39,595 nucleotides of DNA from Utricularia gibba (GCA_002189035.1 NEEC01000121.1:1-39595); one strand, 5' to 3'; shown: positions 1 to 13,600, counted from the stretch's first letter. A program made the numbers and translations. Notes: a model not told the origin generated them from the letters alone.

Positions 1-3000
1 ACTTGTGCCACAAAGTGGCCACCACGTACGCGACAATGCGACTGAGGACACGCAATCGACGCGAATGTCATTTCATGCATGCAAAACAAATGCATTTCAT
101 TCGACGATGTTAAATTTCGGATTTCGAGGCGATCCGTTACAGTGCCTCAGGTGCGGTCCAACCCGCACTCATGATGGCTCGTGCACTGCTTGGTATCTCT
201 CGATATCTTGCAAACCGTAGTGAGTCACGCTTTGCTTGATATAGCGTTACGAAGCTCGCTCCGAGCCGGTCGAATTTCGTGTTCAAAGTTTCTCATCCGA
301 CGAACCGTTACAGCTCGTATTTTTGCCTGATAATAGCCCACACTTGTGCCACAAAGTGGCCACCACGTACGCGACAATGCGACTGAGGACACCGCAATCG
401 ACGGAATGTCATTTCATGCATGCAAAAAAAATGCATTTCATTGGACGATGTTAAATTTCGGATTTCGAGGCGATCCGTTACAGTGCCTCGGGGTGCGGTC
501 CAACCCACACCTCATGATGGCCTCGTGCACTGCTTGGTATCTCGTCGATATCTTGCAAACCGTAGTGAGTCACGCTTTGCTTGATATAGCGTTACGAAGC
601 TCGCTCCGAGCCGGTCGAATTTCGTGTTCAAAGTTTCTCATCCGACGAACCGTTACAGCTCGTATTTTTGCCTGATAATAGCCCACACTTGTGCACAAAG
701 TGGCCACCACGTACGCGACAATGCGACTGAGGACACCGCAATCGACGCGAATGTCATTTCATGCATGCAAAACAATGCATTTCATTCGACGATGTTAAAT
801 TTCGGATTTCGAGGCGATCCGTTACAGTGCCTCAGGTGCGGTCCAACCCACACCTCATGATGGCCTCGTGCACTGCTTGGTATCTCGTCGATATCTTACA
901 AACCGTAGTGAGTCACGCTTTGCTTGATATAGCGTTACGAAGCTCGCTCCGAGCCGGTCGAATTTCGTGTTCAAAGTTTCTCCATCCGACGAACCGTTAC
1001 AGCTCGTATTTTTGCCTGATAATAGCCCACACTTGTGCACAAAGTGGCCACCACGTACGCGACAATGCGACTGAGGACACCGCAATCGACGCGAATGTCA
1101 TTTCATGCATGCAAAACAAATGCATTTCATTGGACGATGTTAAATTTCGGATTTCGAGGCGATCCGTTACAGTGCCTCAGGTGGGTCCAACCCACACCTC
1201 ATGATGGCCTCGTGCACTGCTTGGTATCGTCGATATCTTGCAAACCGTAGTGAGTCACGCTTTGCTTGATATAGCGTTTCGAAGCTCGCTCCGAGCCGGT
1301 CGAATTTCGTGTTCAAAGTTTCTCCATCCGACGAACCGTTACAGCTCGTATTTTTGCCTGATAATAGCCCACACTTGTCCCACAAAGTGGCCACCACGTA
1401 CGCGACAATGCGACTGAGGACACCACAATCGACGCGAATGTCATTTCATGCATGCAAAACAACATTTCATTCGACGATGTTAAATTTCGGATTTCGAGGC
1501 GATCCGTTACAGTGCCTCGGTGGTCCAACCCACACTCATGATGGCTCGTGCAGTTTTGGTATCTCGTCGATATCTTGCAAACCGTAGTGAGTCACGCTTT
1601 GCTTGATATAGCGTTACGAAGCTCGCTCCGAGCCGGTCGAATTTCGTGTTCAAAGTTTCATCCGACGAACCGTTACAGCTCGTATTTTTGCCTGATAATA
1701 GCCCACACTTGTGCCACAAAGTGGCCACACGTACGCGACAATGCGACTGAGGACACCGCAATCGACGCGAATGTCATTTCATGCATGCAAAACAAATGCA
1801 TTTCATTCGATGTTAAATTTCGGATTTCGAGGCGATCCGTTACAGTGCTCAGGTGCGGTCCAACCCACACCTCATGATGGCCTCGTGCACTGCTTGGTAT
1901 CTCGTCGATATCTTACAAACCGTAGTGAGTCACGCTTTGCTTGATATAGCGTTACGAAGCTCGCTCCGAGCCGGTCGAATTTCGTGTTCAAAGTTTCTCA
2001 TCCGACGAACCGTTACAGCTCGTATTTTTGCCTGATAATAGCCCACACTTGTGCCACAAAGTGGCCCCACGTACGCGACAATGCGACTGAGGACACCGCA
2101 ATCGACGCGAATGTCATTTCATGCATGCAAAAAAATGCATTTCATTCGACGATGTTAAATTTCGGATTTCGAGGCGATCCGTTACAGTGCCTCAGGTGGT
2201 CCAACCCACACCTCATGATGGCCTCGTGCACTGCTTGGTATCTCGTCGATATCTTGCAAACCGTAGTGAGTCACGCTTTGCTTGATATAGCGTTACGAAG
2301 CTCGCTCCGAGCCGGTCGAATTTCGTGTTCAAAGTTTCTCCATCCGACGAACCGTTACAGCTCGTATTTTTGCCTGATAATAGCCCACTTGTGCCACAAA
2401 GTGGCCACCACGTACGCGACAATGCGACTGAGGACACCGCAATCGACGCGAATGTCATTTCATGCATGCAAAACAATGCATTTCATTCGACGATGTTAAA
2501 TTTCGGATTTCGAGGCGATCCGTTACAGTGCCTCAGGTGCGGTCCAACCACACCTCATGATGGCCTCGTGCACTTTGGTATCTCGTCGATATCTTAAAAC
2601 CGTAGTGAGTCACGCTTTGCTTGATATAGCGTTACGAAGCTCGCTCCGAGCCGGTCGAATTTCGTGTTCAAAGTTTCTCCATCCGACGAACCGTTACAGC
2701 TCGTATTTTTGCCTGATAATAGCCCACACTTGTGCCACAAAGTGGCCACCACGTACGCGACAATGCGACTGAGGACACCGCAATCGACGCGAATGTCATT
2801 TCATGCATGCAAAACAAATGCATTTCATTCGACGATGTTAAATTTCGGATTTCGAGGCGATCCGTTACAGTGCCTCAGGTGCGGTCCAACACACCTCATG
2901 ATGGCCTCGTGCACTGCTTGGTATCTCGTCGATATCTTGCAAACCGTAGTGAGTCACGCTTTGCTTGATATAGCGTTACGAAGCTCGCTCCGAGCCGGTC

Positions 3001-3420
3001 GAATTTCGTGTTCAAAGTTTCTCCATCCGACGAACCGTTACAGCTCGTATTTTTGCCTGATAATAGCCCACACTTGTGCCACAAAGTGGCCACCACGTAC
3101 GCGACAATGCGACTGAGGACACCGCAATCGACGCGAATGTCATTTCATGCATGCAAAACAAATGCATTTCATTCGACGATGTTAAATTTCGGATTTCGAG
3201 GCGATCCGTTACAGTGCCTCAGGTGCGGTCCAACCCACACCTCATGATGGCCTCGTGCACTGTTTGGTATCTCGTCGATATCTTGCAAACCGTAGTGAGT
3301 CACGCTTTGCTTGATATAGCGTTCGAAGCTCGCTCCGAGCCGGTCGAATTTCGTGTTCAAAGTTTCTCCATCCGACGAACCGTTACAGCTCGTATTTTTG
3401 CCTGATAATAGCCCACACTT

Positions 3421-3766
3421 GTGCCACAAAGTGGCCACCACGTACGCGACAATGCGACTGAGGACACCGCAATCGACGCGAATGTCATTTCATGCATGCA
3501 AAACAAATGCATTTCATTCGACGATGTTAAATTTCGGATTTCGAGGCGATCCGTTACAGTGCCTCAGGTGCGGTCCAACCCACACCTCATGATGGCCTCG
3601 TGCACTGCTTGGTATCTCGTCGATATCTTGCAAACCGTAGTGAGTCACGCTTTGCTTGATATAGCGTTACGAAGCTCGCTCCGAGCCGGTCGAATTTCGT
3701 GTTCAAAGTTTCTCCATCCGACGAACCGTTACAGCTCGTATTTTTGCCTGATAATAGCCCACACTT
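3421..3766 (+). repeat. Reference (consensus-type) 346-bp monomer
   Basis: Runs from gtgccacaaag at 3421 to acactt at 3766, and the next copy starts at 3767. Hand count: G 77, C 95 (49.7% GC), 31 CpG. Confidence 0.95.
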
Positions 3767-4630
3767 GTGCCACAAAGTGGCCACCACGTACGCGACAATG
3801 CGACTGAGGACACCGCAATCGACGCGAATGTCATTTCATGCATGCAAAACAAATGCATTTCATTCGACGATGTTAAATTTCGGATTTCGAGGCGATCCGT
3901 TACAGTGCCTCAGGTGCGGTCCAACCCACACCTCATGATGGCCTCGTGCACTGCTTGGTATCTCGTCGATATCTTGCAAACCGTAGTGAGTCACGCTTTG
4001 CTTGATATAGCGTTACGAAGCTCGCTCCGAGCCGGTCGAATTTCGTGTTCAAAGTTTCTCCATCCGACGAACCGTTACAGCTCGTATTTTTGCCTGATAA
4101 TAGCCCACACTTGTGCCACAAAGTGGCCACCACGTACGCGACAATGCGACTGAGGACACCGCAATCGACGCGAATGTCATTTCATGCATGCAAAACAAAT
4201 GCATTTCATTCGACGATGTTAAATTTCGGATTTCGAGGCGATCCGTTACAGTGCCTCAGGTGCGGTCCAACCCACACCTCATGATGGCCTCGTGCACTGC
4301 TTGGTATCTCGTCGATATCTTGCAAACCGTAGTGAGTCACGCTTTGCTTGATATAGCGTTACGAAGCTCGCTCCGAGCCGGTCGAATTTCGTGTTCAAAG
4401 TTTCTCCATCCGACGAACCGTTACAGCTCGTATTTTTGCCTGATAATAGCCCACACTTGTGCCACAAAGTGGCCACCACGTACGCGACAATGCGACTGAG
4501 GACACCGCAATCGACGCGAATGTCATTTCATGCATGCAAAACAAATGCATTTCATTCGACGATGTTAAATTTCGGATTTCGAGGCGATCCGTTACAGTGC
4601 CTCAGGTGCGGTCCAACCCACACCTCATGA
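3421..4630 (+). repeat. Homogeneous run of apparently identical consensus monomers (~3.5 copies)
   Basis: The 128-aa, 79-aa and 66-aa translations repeat identically at 346-bp offsets, and I see no differences in the DNA by eye. Confidence 0.88.
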
Positions 4631-4639
4631 TGGCCTCGT

Positions 4640-7600
4640 GCACTGCTCGTCGGCAAACCGTAGTGAGTCACGCTTTGCTTGATATAGCGTTTCGAAGCTC
4701 GCTCCGAGCCGGTCGAATTTCGCAAACCATCCGACGAACCGTTACAGCTCGTATTTTTGCCTGATAATAGCCCACACTTGCTTACGCGACAATGCGACTG
4801 AGGACACCGCAATCGACGCGAATGTCATTTCATGCGTGCATTTCATTCGACGATGTTAAATTTCGGATTTCGAGGCGATCCGTTACAGTGCCTCAGGTCG
4901 AATTTCGTGTTCAAAGTTTCTCCATCCGACGAACCGTTACAGCTCGTATTTTTGCCTGATAATAGCCCACACTTGTGCCACAAAGTGGCCACCACGTACG
5001 CGACAATGCGACTGAGGACACCGCAATCGACGCGAATGTCATTTCATGCATGCAAAACAAATGCATTTCATTCGACGATGTTAAATTTCGGATTTCGAGG
5101 CGATCCGTTACAGTGCCTCAGGTGGTCCAACCCACACCTCATGATGGCCTCGTGCACTGCTTGGTATCTCGTCGATATCTTGCAAACCGTAGTGAGTCAC
5201 GCTTTGCTTGATATAGCGTTACGAAGCTCGCTCCGAGCCGGTCGAATTTCGTGTTCAAAGTTTCTCCATCCGACGAACCGTTACAGCTCGTATTTTTGCC
5301 TGATAATAGCCCACACTTGTGCCACAAAGTGGCCACCACGTACGCGACAATGCGACTGAGGACACCGCAATCGACGCGAATGTCATTTCATGCATGCAAA
5401 ACAAATGCATTTCATTCGACGATGTTAAATTTCGGATTTCGAGGCGATCCGTTACAGTGCCTCAGGTGCGATGGCCTCGTGCAATCCGTCGACAAACCGT
5501 CACGCTGCTTGATATAGCGCCTCGTGCAATTTGGTATTTCTCCATCCGTTACAGCTCGTATATAATAGCCCACACTTGAAAAGTGGCCGTACGTGCGACT
5601 GTCGACGCGAATTCATTTCATGCATGCAAAAAAATGCATTTCATTCGACGATGTTAAATTTCGGATTTCGAGGCGATCCGTTACAGTGCCTCAGCGGTCC
5701 AACCACACCTCATGATGGCCGGCACTGCGATCTCGTCGATATTTGCAAACCGTGTGAGTCAATATAGCGTTTCGCTCCGATCGAATTTCGTGTTCAAAGT
5801 TTCTCCATCCGACGAACCGTTACAGCTCGTATTTTTGCCTGATAATAGCCCACACTTGTGCCACAAAGTGGCCACCACGTACGCGACAATGCGACTGAGG
5901 ACACCGCAATCGACGCGAATGTCATTTCATGCATGCAAAACAAATGCATTTCATTCGACGATGTTAAATTTCGGATTTCGAGGCGATCCGTTACAGTGCC
6001 TCAGGTGCGGTCCAACCCACACCTCATGATGGCCTCGTGCACTGCTTGGTATCTCGTCGATATCTTGCAAACCGTAGTGAGTCACGCTTTGCTTGATATA
6101 GCGTTACGAAGCTCGCTCCGAGCCGGTCGAATTTCGTGTTCAAAGTTTCTCCATCCGACGAACCGTTACAGCTCGTATTTTTGCCTGATAATAGCCCACA
6201 CTTGTGCCACAAAGTGGCCACCACGTACGCGACAATGCGACTGAGGACACCGCAATCGACGCGAATGTCATTTCATGCATGCAAAACAAATGCATTTCAT
6301 TCGACGATGTTAAATTTCGGATTTCGAGGCGATCCGTTACAGTGCCTCAGGTGGGTCCAACCACACCTCATGATGGCCTCGTGCACTGTTTGGTATCTCG
6401 TCGATATCTTGAAAACCGTAGTGAGTCACGCTTTGCTTGATATAGCGTTCGAAGCTCGCTCCGAGCCGGTCGAATTTCGTGTTCAAAGTTTCTCCATCCG
6501 ACGAACCGTTACAGCTCGTATTTTTGCCTGATAATAGCCCACACTTGTGCCACAAAGTGGCCACCACGTACGCGACAATGCGACTGAGGACACCGCAATC
6601 GACGCGAATGTCATTTCATGCATGCAAAACAAATGCATTTCATTCGACGATGTTAAATTTCGGATTTCGAGGCGATCCGTTACAGTGCCTCAGGTGCGGT
6701 CCAAACCTCATGATGGCCTCGTGCACTGCTTGGTATCTCGTCGATATCTTGCAAACCGTAGTGAGTCACGCTTTGCTTGATATAGCGTTACGAAGCTCGC
6801 TCCGAGCCGGTCGAATTTCGTGTTCAAAGTTTCTCCATCCGACGAACCGTTACAGCTCGTATTTTTGCCTGATAATAGCCCACACTTGTGCCACAAAGTG
6901 GCCACCACGTACGCGACAATGCGACTGAGGACACCGCAATCGACGCGAATGTCATTTCATGCATGCAAAACAAATGCATTTCATTCGACGATGTTAAATT
7001 TCGGATTTCGAGGCGATCCGTTACAGTGCCTCGGGTGTGGTCCAACCCACACCTCATGATGGCCTCGTGCACTGTTTGGTATCTCGTCGATATCTTGAAA
7101 CCGTAGTGAGTCACGCTTTGCTTGATATAGCGTTTCGAAGCTCGCTCCGAGCCGGTCGAATTTCGTGTTCAAAGTTTCCATCCGACGAACCGTTACAGCT
7201 CGTATTTTTGCCTGATAATAGCCCACACTTGTGCCACAAAGTGGCCACCACGTACGCGACAATGCGACTGAGGACACCGCAATCGACGCGAATGTCATTT
7301 CATGCATGCAAAACAAATGCATTTCATTCGACGATGTTAAATTTCGGATTTCGAGGCGATCCGTTACAGTGCCTCAGGTGCGGTCCAACCCACACCTCAT
7401 GATGGCCTCGTGCACTGCTTGGTATCTCGTCGATATCTTGCAAACCGTAGTGAGTCACGCTTTGCTTGATATAGCGTTACGAAGCTCGCTCCGAGCCGGT
7501 CGAATTTCGTGTTCAAAGTTTCTCCATCCGACGAACCGTTACAGCTCGTATTTTTGCCTGATAATAGCCCACACTTGTGCCACAAAGTGGCCACCACGTA

Positions 7601-10600
7601 CGCGACAATGCGACTGAGGACACCGCAATCGACGCGAATGTCATTTCATGCATGCAAAACAAATGCATTTCATTCGACGATGTTAAATTTCGGATTTCGA
7701 GGCGATCCGTTACAGTGCCTCAGGTGCGGTCCAACCCACACCTCATGATGGCCTCGTGCACTGCTTGGTATCTCGTCGATATCTTGCAAACCGTAGTGAG
7801 TCACGCTTTGCTTGATATAGCGTTACGAAGCTCGCTCCGAGCCGGTCGAATTTCGTGTTCAAAGTTTCTCCATCCGACGAACCGTTACAGCTCGTATTTT
7901 TGCCTGATAATAGCCCACACTTGTGCCACAAAGTGGCCACCACGTACGCGACAATGCGACTGAGGACACCGCAATCGACGCGAATGTCATTTCATGCATG
8001 CAAAACAAATGCATTTCATTCGACGATGTTAAATTTCGGATTTCGAGGCGATCCGTTACAGTGCCTCGGTGTGGTCCAACCCACCTCATGCCTCGTGCAC
8101 ACTTCGTGCCACAATATCAAACCACGTACGCGACAATGCGACGTTTACGCGAATGCGACTGCGCAATCGTCATTTCATGCATGCAAAACAAATGCATTTC
8201 ATTCGACGATGTTAAATTTCGGATTTCGAGGCGATCCGTTACAGTGCCTCAGGTGCGGTCCAACCCACACCTCATGATGGCCTCGTGCACTGCTTGGTAT
8301 CTCGTCGATATCTTGCAAACCGTAGTGAGTCACGCTTTGCTTGATATAGCGTTACGAAGCTCGCTCCGAGCCGGTCGAATTTCGTGTTCAAAGTTTCTCC
8401 ATCCGACGAACCAGCTCGTACAGCTCCACAAAGTGGCCACCACGTACGCGACAATGCGACTGAGGACACCGCAATCGACGCGAATGTCATTTCATGCATG
8501 CAAAACAAATGCATTTCATTCGACGATGTTAAATTTCGGATTTCGAGGCGATCCGTTACAGTGCCTCAGGTGCGGTCCAACCCACACCTCATGATGGCCT
8601 CGTGCACTGCTTGGTATCTCGTCGATATCTTGCAAACCGTAGTGAGTCACGCTTTGCTTGATATAGCGTTACGAAGCTCGCTCCGAGCCGGTCGAATTTC
8701 GTGTTCAAAGTTTCTCGATCAGACGATACCGTTGTACTTTTGTCATTGCAAAAACAAATGCATTTCATTCGACGATGTTAAATTTCGGATTTCGAGGCGA
8801 TCCGTTACAGTGCCTCAGGTGCGGTCCAACCCACACCTCATGATGGCCTCGTGCACATATGGTAGTCACACGATATCGAATTTCGCAAAGTGACGAACTG
8901 AGGACACGCTTACGCGACAATGCTTTGTCATGCATGCAAAACAAATGCATTTCATTCGACGATGTTAAATTTCGGATTTCGAGGCGATCCGTTACAGTGC
9001 CTCAGGTGGTCCAACCCACACCTCATGATGGCCTCGTGCACTGCTTGGTATCTCGTCGATATCTTGCAAACCGTAGTGAGTCACGCTTTGCTTGATATAG
9101 CGTTACGAAGCTCGCTCCGAGCCGGTCGAATTTCGTGTTCAAAGTTTCTCCATCCGACGAACCGTTACAGCTCGTATTTTTGCCTGATAATAGCCCACAC
9201 TTGTGCCACAAAGTGGCCACCACGTACGCGACAATGCGACTGAGGACACCGCAATCGACGCGAATGTCATTTCATGCATGCAAAACAAATGCATTTCATT
9301 CGACGATGTTAAATTTCGGATTTCGAGGCGATCCGTTACAGTGCCTCAGGTGCGCAACATGATCGATGCACTCGCTTCGGTGTTCAAAGTTTCTCGTTAT
9401 CTATATCTTGACAACCGTACTTGTCGACGCTAGCATTGATGCGCGCGAATTGATATAGCGTTAATAGCTAGTGAGTCACGCTTTGCTTGATATAGCGTTT
9501 CGGTCGAATTTCGTGTTCAAAGTTTCTCCATCCGACGAACCGTTACAGCTCGTATTTTTGCCTGATAATAGCCCACACTTGTGCCACAAAGTGGCCACCA
9601 CGTACGCGACAATGCGACTGAGGACACCGCAATCGACGCGAATGTCATTTCATGCATGCAAAACAAATGCATTTCATTCGACGATGTTAAATTTCGGATT
9701 TCGAGGCGATCCGTTACAGTGCCTCAGGTGGTCCAACCCACACCTCATGATGGCCTCGTGCACTGCTTGGTATCTCGTCGATATCTTGCAAACCATGTAG
9801 TGAGTCGACGCTTACAGTGCTTGATATAGCGTTACGAAGCTCGCTCCGAGCCGGTCGAATTTCGTGTTCAAAGTTTCTCCCGATTACAGCTCGTACCTGA
9901 TAATAGCCGTTACAGCTCGACTGATTGTCATTGCCTGCATTTCATTCGACGATGTTAGGATTTCGAGGCGATCCGTTACACTTGTGCCACAATAGTAGTG
10001 AGTCACGCTTTGCTTGATATAGCGTTACGAAGCTCGCTCCGAGCCGGTCGAATTTCGTGTTCAAAGTGCGAACCGTGAGGACCCACAAAAAGTGGCCACC
10101 ACGTACGCGACAATGCGACTGAGGACACCGCAATCGACGCGAATGTCATTTCATGCATGCAAAACAAATGCATTTCATTCGACGATGTTAAATTTCGGAT
10201 TTCGAGGCGATCCGTTACAGTGCCTCAGGTGCGGTCCAACCCACACCTCATGATGGCCTCGTGCACTGTTGGTATCTCGTCGATATCTTGCAAACCGTAG
10301 TGAGTCACGCTTTGCTTGATATAGCGTTACGAAGCTCGCTCCGAGCCGGTCGAATTTCGTGTTCAAAGTTTCTCCATCCGACGAACCGTTACAGCTCGTA
10401 TTTTTGCCTGATAATAGCCCACACTTGTGCCACAAAGTGGCCACCACGTACGCGACAATGCGACTGAGGACACCGCAATCGACGCGAATGTCATTTCATG
10501 CATGCAAAACAAATGCATTTCATTCGACGATGTTAGGATTTCCGATCCGTTACAGTGCCTCAGGTCGATGGCCTCGTGCAAAGCGTAGTGAGTCACGCTT

Positions 10601-13600
10601 TGCTTGATATAGCGTTTCGAAGCTCGCTCCGAGCCGGTCGAATTTCGTGTTCAAAGTTTCTCCATCCGACGAACCGTTACAGCTCGTATTTTTGCCTGAT
10701 AATAGCCCACACTTGTGCCACAAAGTGGCCACCACGTACGCGACAATGCGACTGAGGACACCGACGCGAATGTCATTTCATGCATGCAAAACAAATGCAT
10801 TTCATTCGACGATGTTAAATTTCGGATTTCGAGGCGATCCGTTACAGTGCCTCAGGTGCCAACCCACACCTCATGATGGCCTCGTGCACTGCTTGGTATC
10901 TCGTCGATATCTTGCAAACCGTAGTGAGTCACGCTTTGCTTGATATAGCGTTACGAAGCTCGCTCCGAGCCGGTCGAATTTCGTGTTCAAAGTTTCTCCA
11001 TCCGACGAACCGTTACAGCTCGTATTTTTGCCTGATAATAGCCCACACTTGTGCCATGGCCACCACGTACGCGACAATGCGACTGAGGACACCGCAATCG
11101 ACGCGAATGTCATTTCATGCATGCAAAACAAATGCATTTCATTCGACGATGTTGCTCCGTTACAGTGCCTCAGGTGCGGTGCGTTATCTCGTCGATATCT
11201 TGCAAACCGTAGTGAGTCACGCTTTGCTTGATATAGCGTTTCGAAGCTCGGAGCCGGTCGAATTTCGTGTTCAAAGTTTCCATCCGACGAACCGTTACAG
11301 CTCGTATTTTTGCCTGATAATAGCCCACACTTACAAAGTGGCCACCACGTACGCGACAATGCGACTGAGGACACCGCAATCGACGCGAATGTCATTTCAT
11401 GCATGCAAAACAAATGCATTTCATTCGACGATGTTAAATTTCGGATTTCGAGGCGATCCGTTACAGTGCCTCAGGTGCGGTCCAACCCACACCTCATGAT
11501 GGCCTCGTGCACTGCTTGGTATCTCGTCGATATCTTGCAAACCGTAGTGATTTTTGCCTGATAATAGCCCACACTTGCTTACGCGACAATGCGACTTCGA
11601 CGCGAATGTCATTTCATGCGTTACGAAGCTCGCTCCGAGCCGGTCGAATTTCGTGTTCAAAGTTTCTCCATCCGACGAACCGTTACAGCTCGTATTTTTG
11701 CCTGATAATAGCCCACACTTGTGCCACAAAGTGGCCACCACGTACGCGACAATGCGACTGAGGACACCGCAATCGACGCGAATGTCATTTCATGCATGCA
11801 AAAAAATGCATTTCATTCGACGATGTTAAATTTCGGATTTCGAGGCGATCCGTTACAGTGCCTCGGGTGCCATATCGATGGCCTCGAATGCAATCTCGTG
11901 CGTGGCCATATCTTGAAAACCGGTGAGTTTCACGATTTGTGCTTGATCATATGCCTCGTGCACTGCGAAGCTCGCTCCGAGCCGGTCGAATTTCGTGTTC
12001 AAAGTTTCTCCATCCGACGAACCGTTACAGCTCGTATTTTTGCCTGATAATAGCCCACACTTGTGCCACAAAGTGGCCACCACGTACGCGACAATGCGAC
12101 TGAGGACACCGCAATCGACGCGAATGTCATTTCATGCATGCAAAACAAATGCATTTCATTCGACGATGTTAAATTTCGGATTTCGAGGCGATCCGTTACA
12201 GTGCCTCAGGTGGTCCAACCCACACCTCATGATGGCCTCGTGCACTGCTTGGTATCTCGTCGATATCTTGCAAACCGTAGTGAGTCACGCTTTGCTTGAT
12301 ATAGCGTTACGAAGCTCGCTCCGAGCCGGTCGAATTTCGTGTTCAAAGTTTCTCCATCCGACGAACCGTTACAGCTCGTATTTTTGCCTGATAATAGCCC
12401 ACACTTGTGCCACAAAGTGGCCACCACGTACGCGACAATGCGACTGAGGACACCGCAATCGACGCGAATGTCATTTCATGCATGCAAAACAAATGCATTT
12501 CATTCGACGATGTTAAATTTCGGATTTCGAATCCGTTACAGTGCCTCAGGTGGTCCAACCCACACCTCATGATGGCCTCGTGCACTGATCTCGTCGATAT
12601 CTTGCGTAGTGAGTCACGCTTTGCTTGATATAGCGTTTCGAAGCTCGCTCCGAGCCGGTCGAATGTGTTCAAAGTTTCTCCATCCGACGAACCGTTACAG
12701 CTCGTATTTTTGCCTGATAATAGCCCACACTTGTGTGGCCACCACGTACGCGACAATGCGACTGAGGACACCGCAATCGACGCGAATGTCATTTCATGCA
12801 TGCAAAACAAATGCATTTCATTCGACGATGTTAAATTTCGGATTTCGAGGCGATCCGTTACAGTGCCTCAGGTGCGGTCCAACCCACACCTCATGATGGC
12901 CTCGTGCACTGCTTGGTATCTCGTCGATATCTTGCAAACCGTAGTGAGTCACGCTTTGCTTGATATAGCGTTACGAAGCTCGCTCCGAGCCGGTCGAATT
13001 TCGTGTTCAAAGTTTCTCCATCCGACGAACCGTTACAGCTCGTATTTTTGCCTGATAATAGCCCACACTTGTGCCACAAAGTGGCCACCACGTACGCGAC
13101 AATGCGACTGAGGACACCGCAATCGACGCGAATGTCATTTCATGCATGCAAAAAAAATGCATTTCATTCGACGATGTTAAATTTCGGATTTCGAGGCGAT
13201 CCGTTACAGTGCCTCAACCCACACCTCATGATGGCCTCGTGCACTGTTTGGTATCTCGTCGATATCTTGCAAACCGTAGTGAGTCACGCTTTGCTTGATA
13301 TAGCGTTTCGAAGCTCGCTCCGAGCCGGTCGAATTTCGTGTTCAAAGTTTCTCCATCCGACGAACCGTTACAGCTCGTATTTTTGCCTGATAATAGCCCA
13401 CACTTGTGCCACAAAGTGGCCACCACGTACGCGACAATGCGACTGAGGACACCGCAATCGACGCGAATGTCATTTCATGCATGCAAAACAAATGCATTTC
13501 ATTCGACGATGTTAAATTTCGGATTTCGAGGCGATCCGTTACAGTGCCTCAGGTGCGGTCCAACCCACACCTCATGATGGCCTCGTGCACTGTTTGGTAT

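Noticed and set aside
3458-3490. Hammerhead-like CUGAGGA core (some satellites do encode hammerheads)
   Set aside because: The plus-strand consensus has no GAAA after a stem II (only GAAU, GAAC, GAAG). The minus strand gives CUGAGGC, and the other plus-strand candidate CUGAUAA breaks the core. No complete hammerhead on either strand.
3551-3600. Superficial twister-ribozyme resemblance (ccgttacagtgcc...gcggtccaaccc)
   Set aside because: Compared from memory of the consensus, it lacks the UAA at the cleavage site, the GC in the AAGCCC-type loop and the 3' purine-rich pseudoknot partner. An Rfam scan would be decisive.
3511-3720. CENP-B box near the ttcg motifs
   Set aside because: No TTCG....A..CGGG pattern on either strand of the consensus.
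3421-3766. Synthetic construct (triple stop plus EcoRV, ApaLI, MscI, BsiWI, SphI, NsiI, BspHI sites)
   Set aside because: The palindrome excess is modest, I recognise no vector, adapter or tag sequence, and natural-looking linked variants with CpG transitions exist among copies.
3681-3780. tRNA/SINE Pol III A and B boxes (ggtcgaattt; gccacaaagtgg)
   Set aside because: Both are poor matches to consensus, in the wrong order and spacing, with no cloverleaf.
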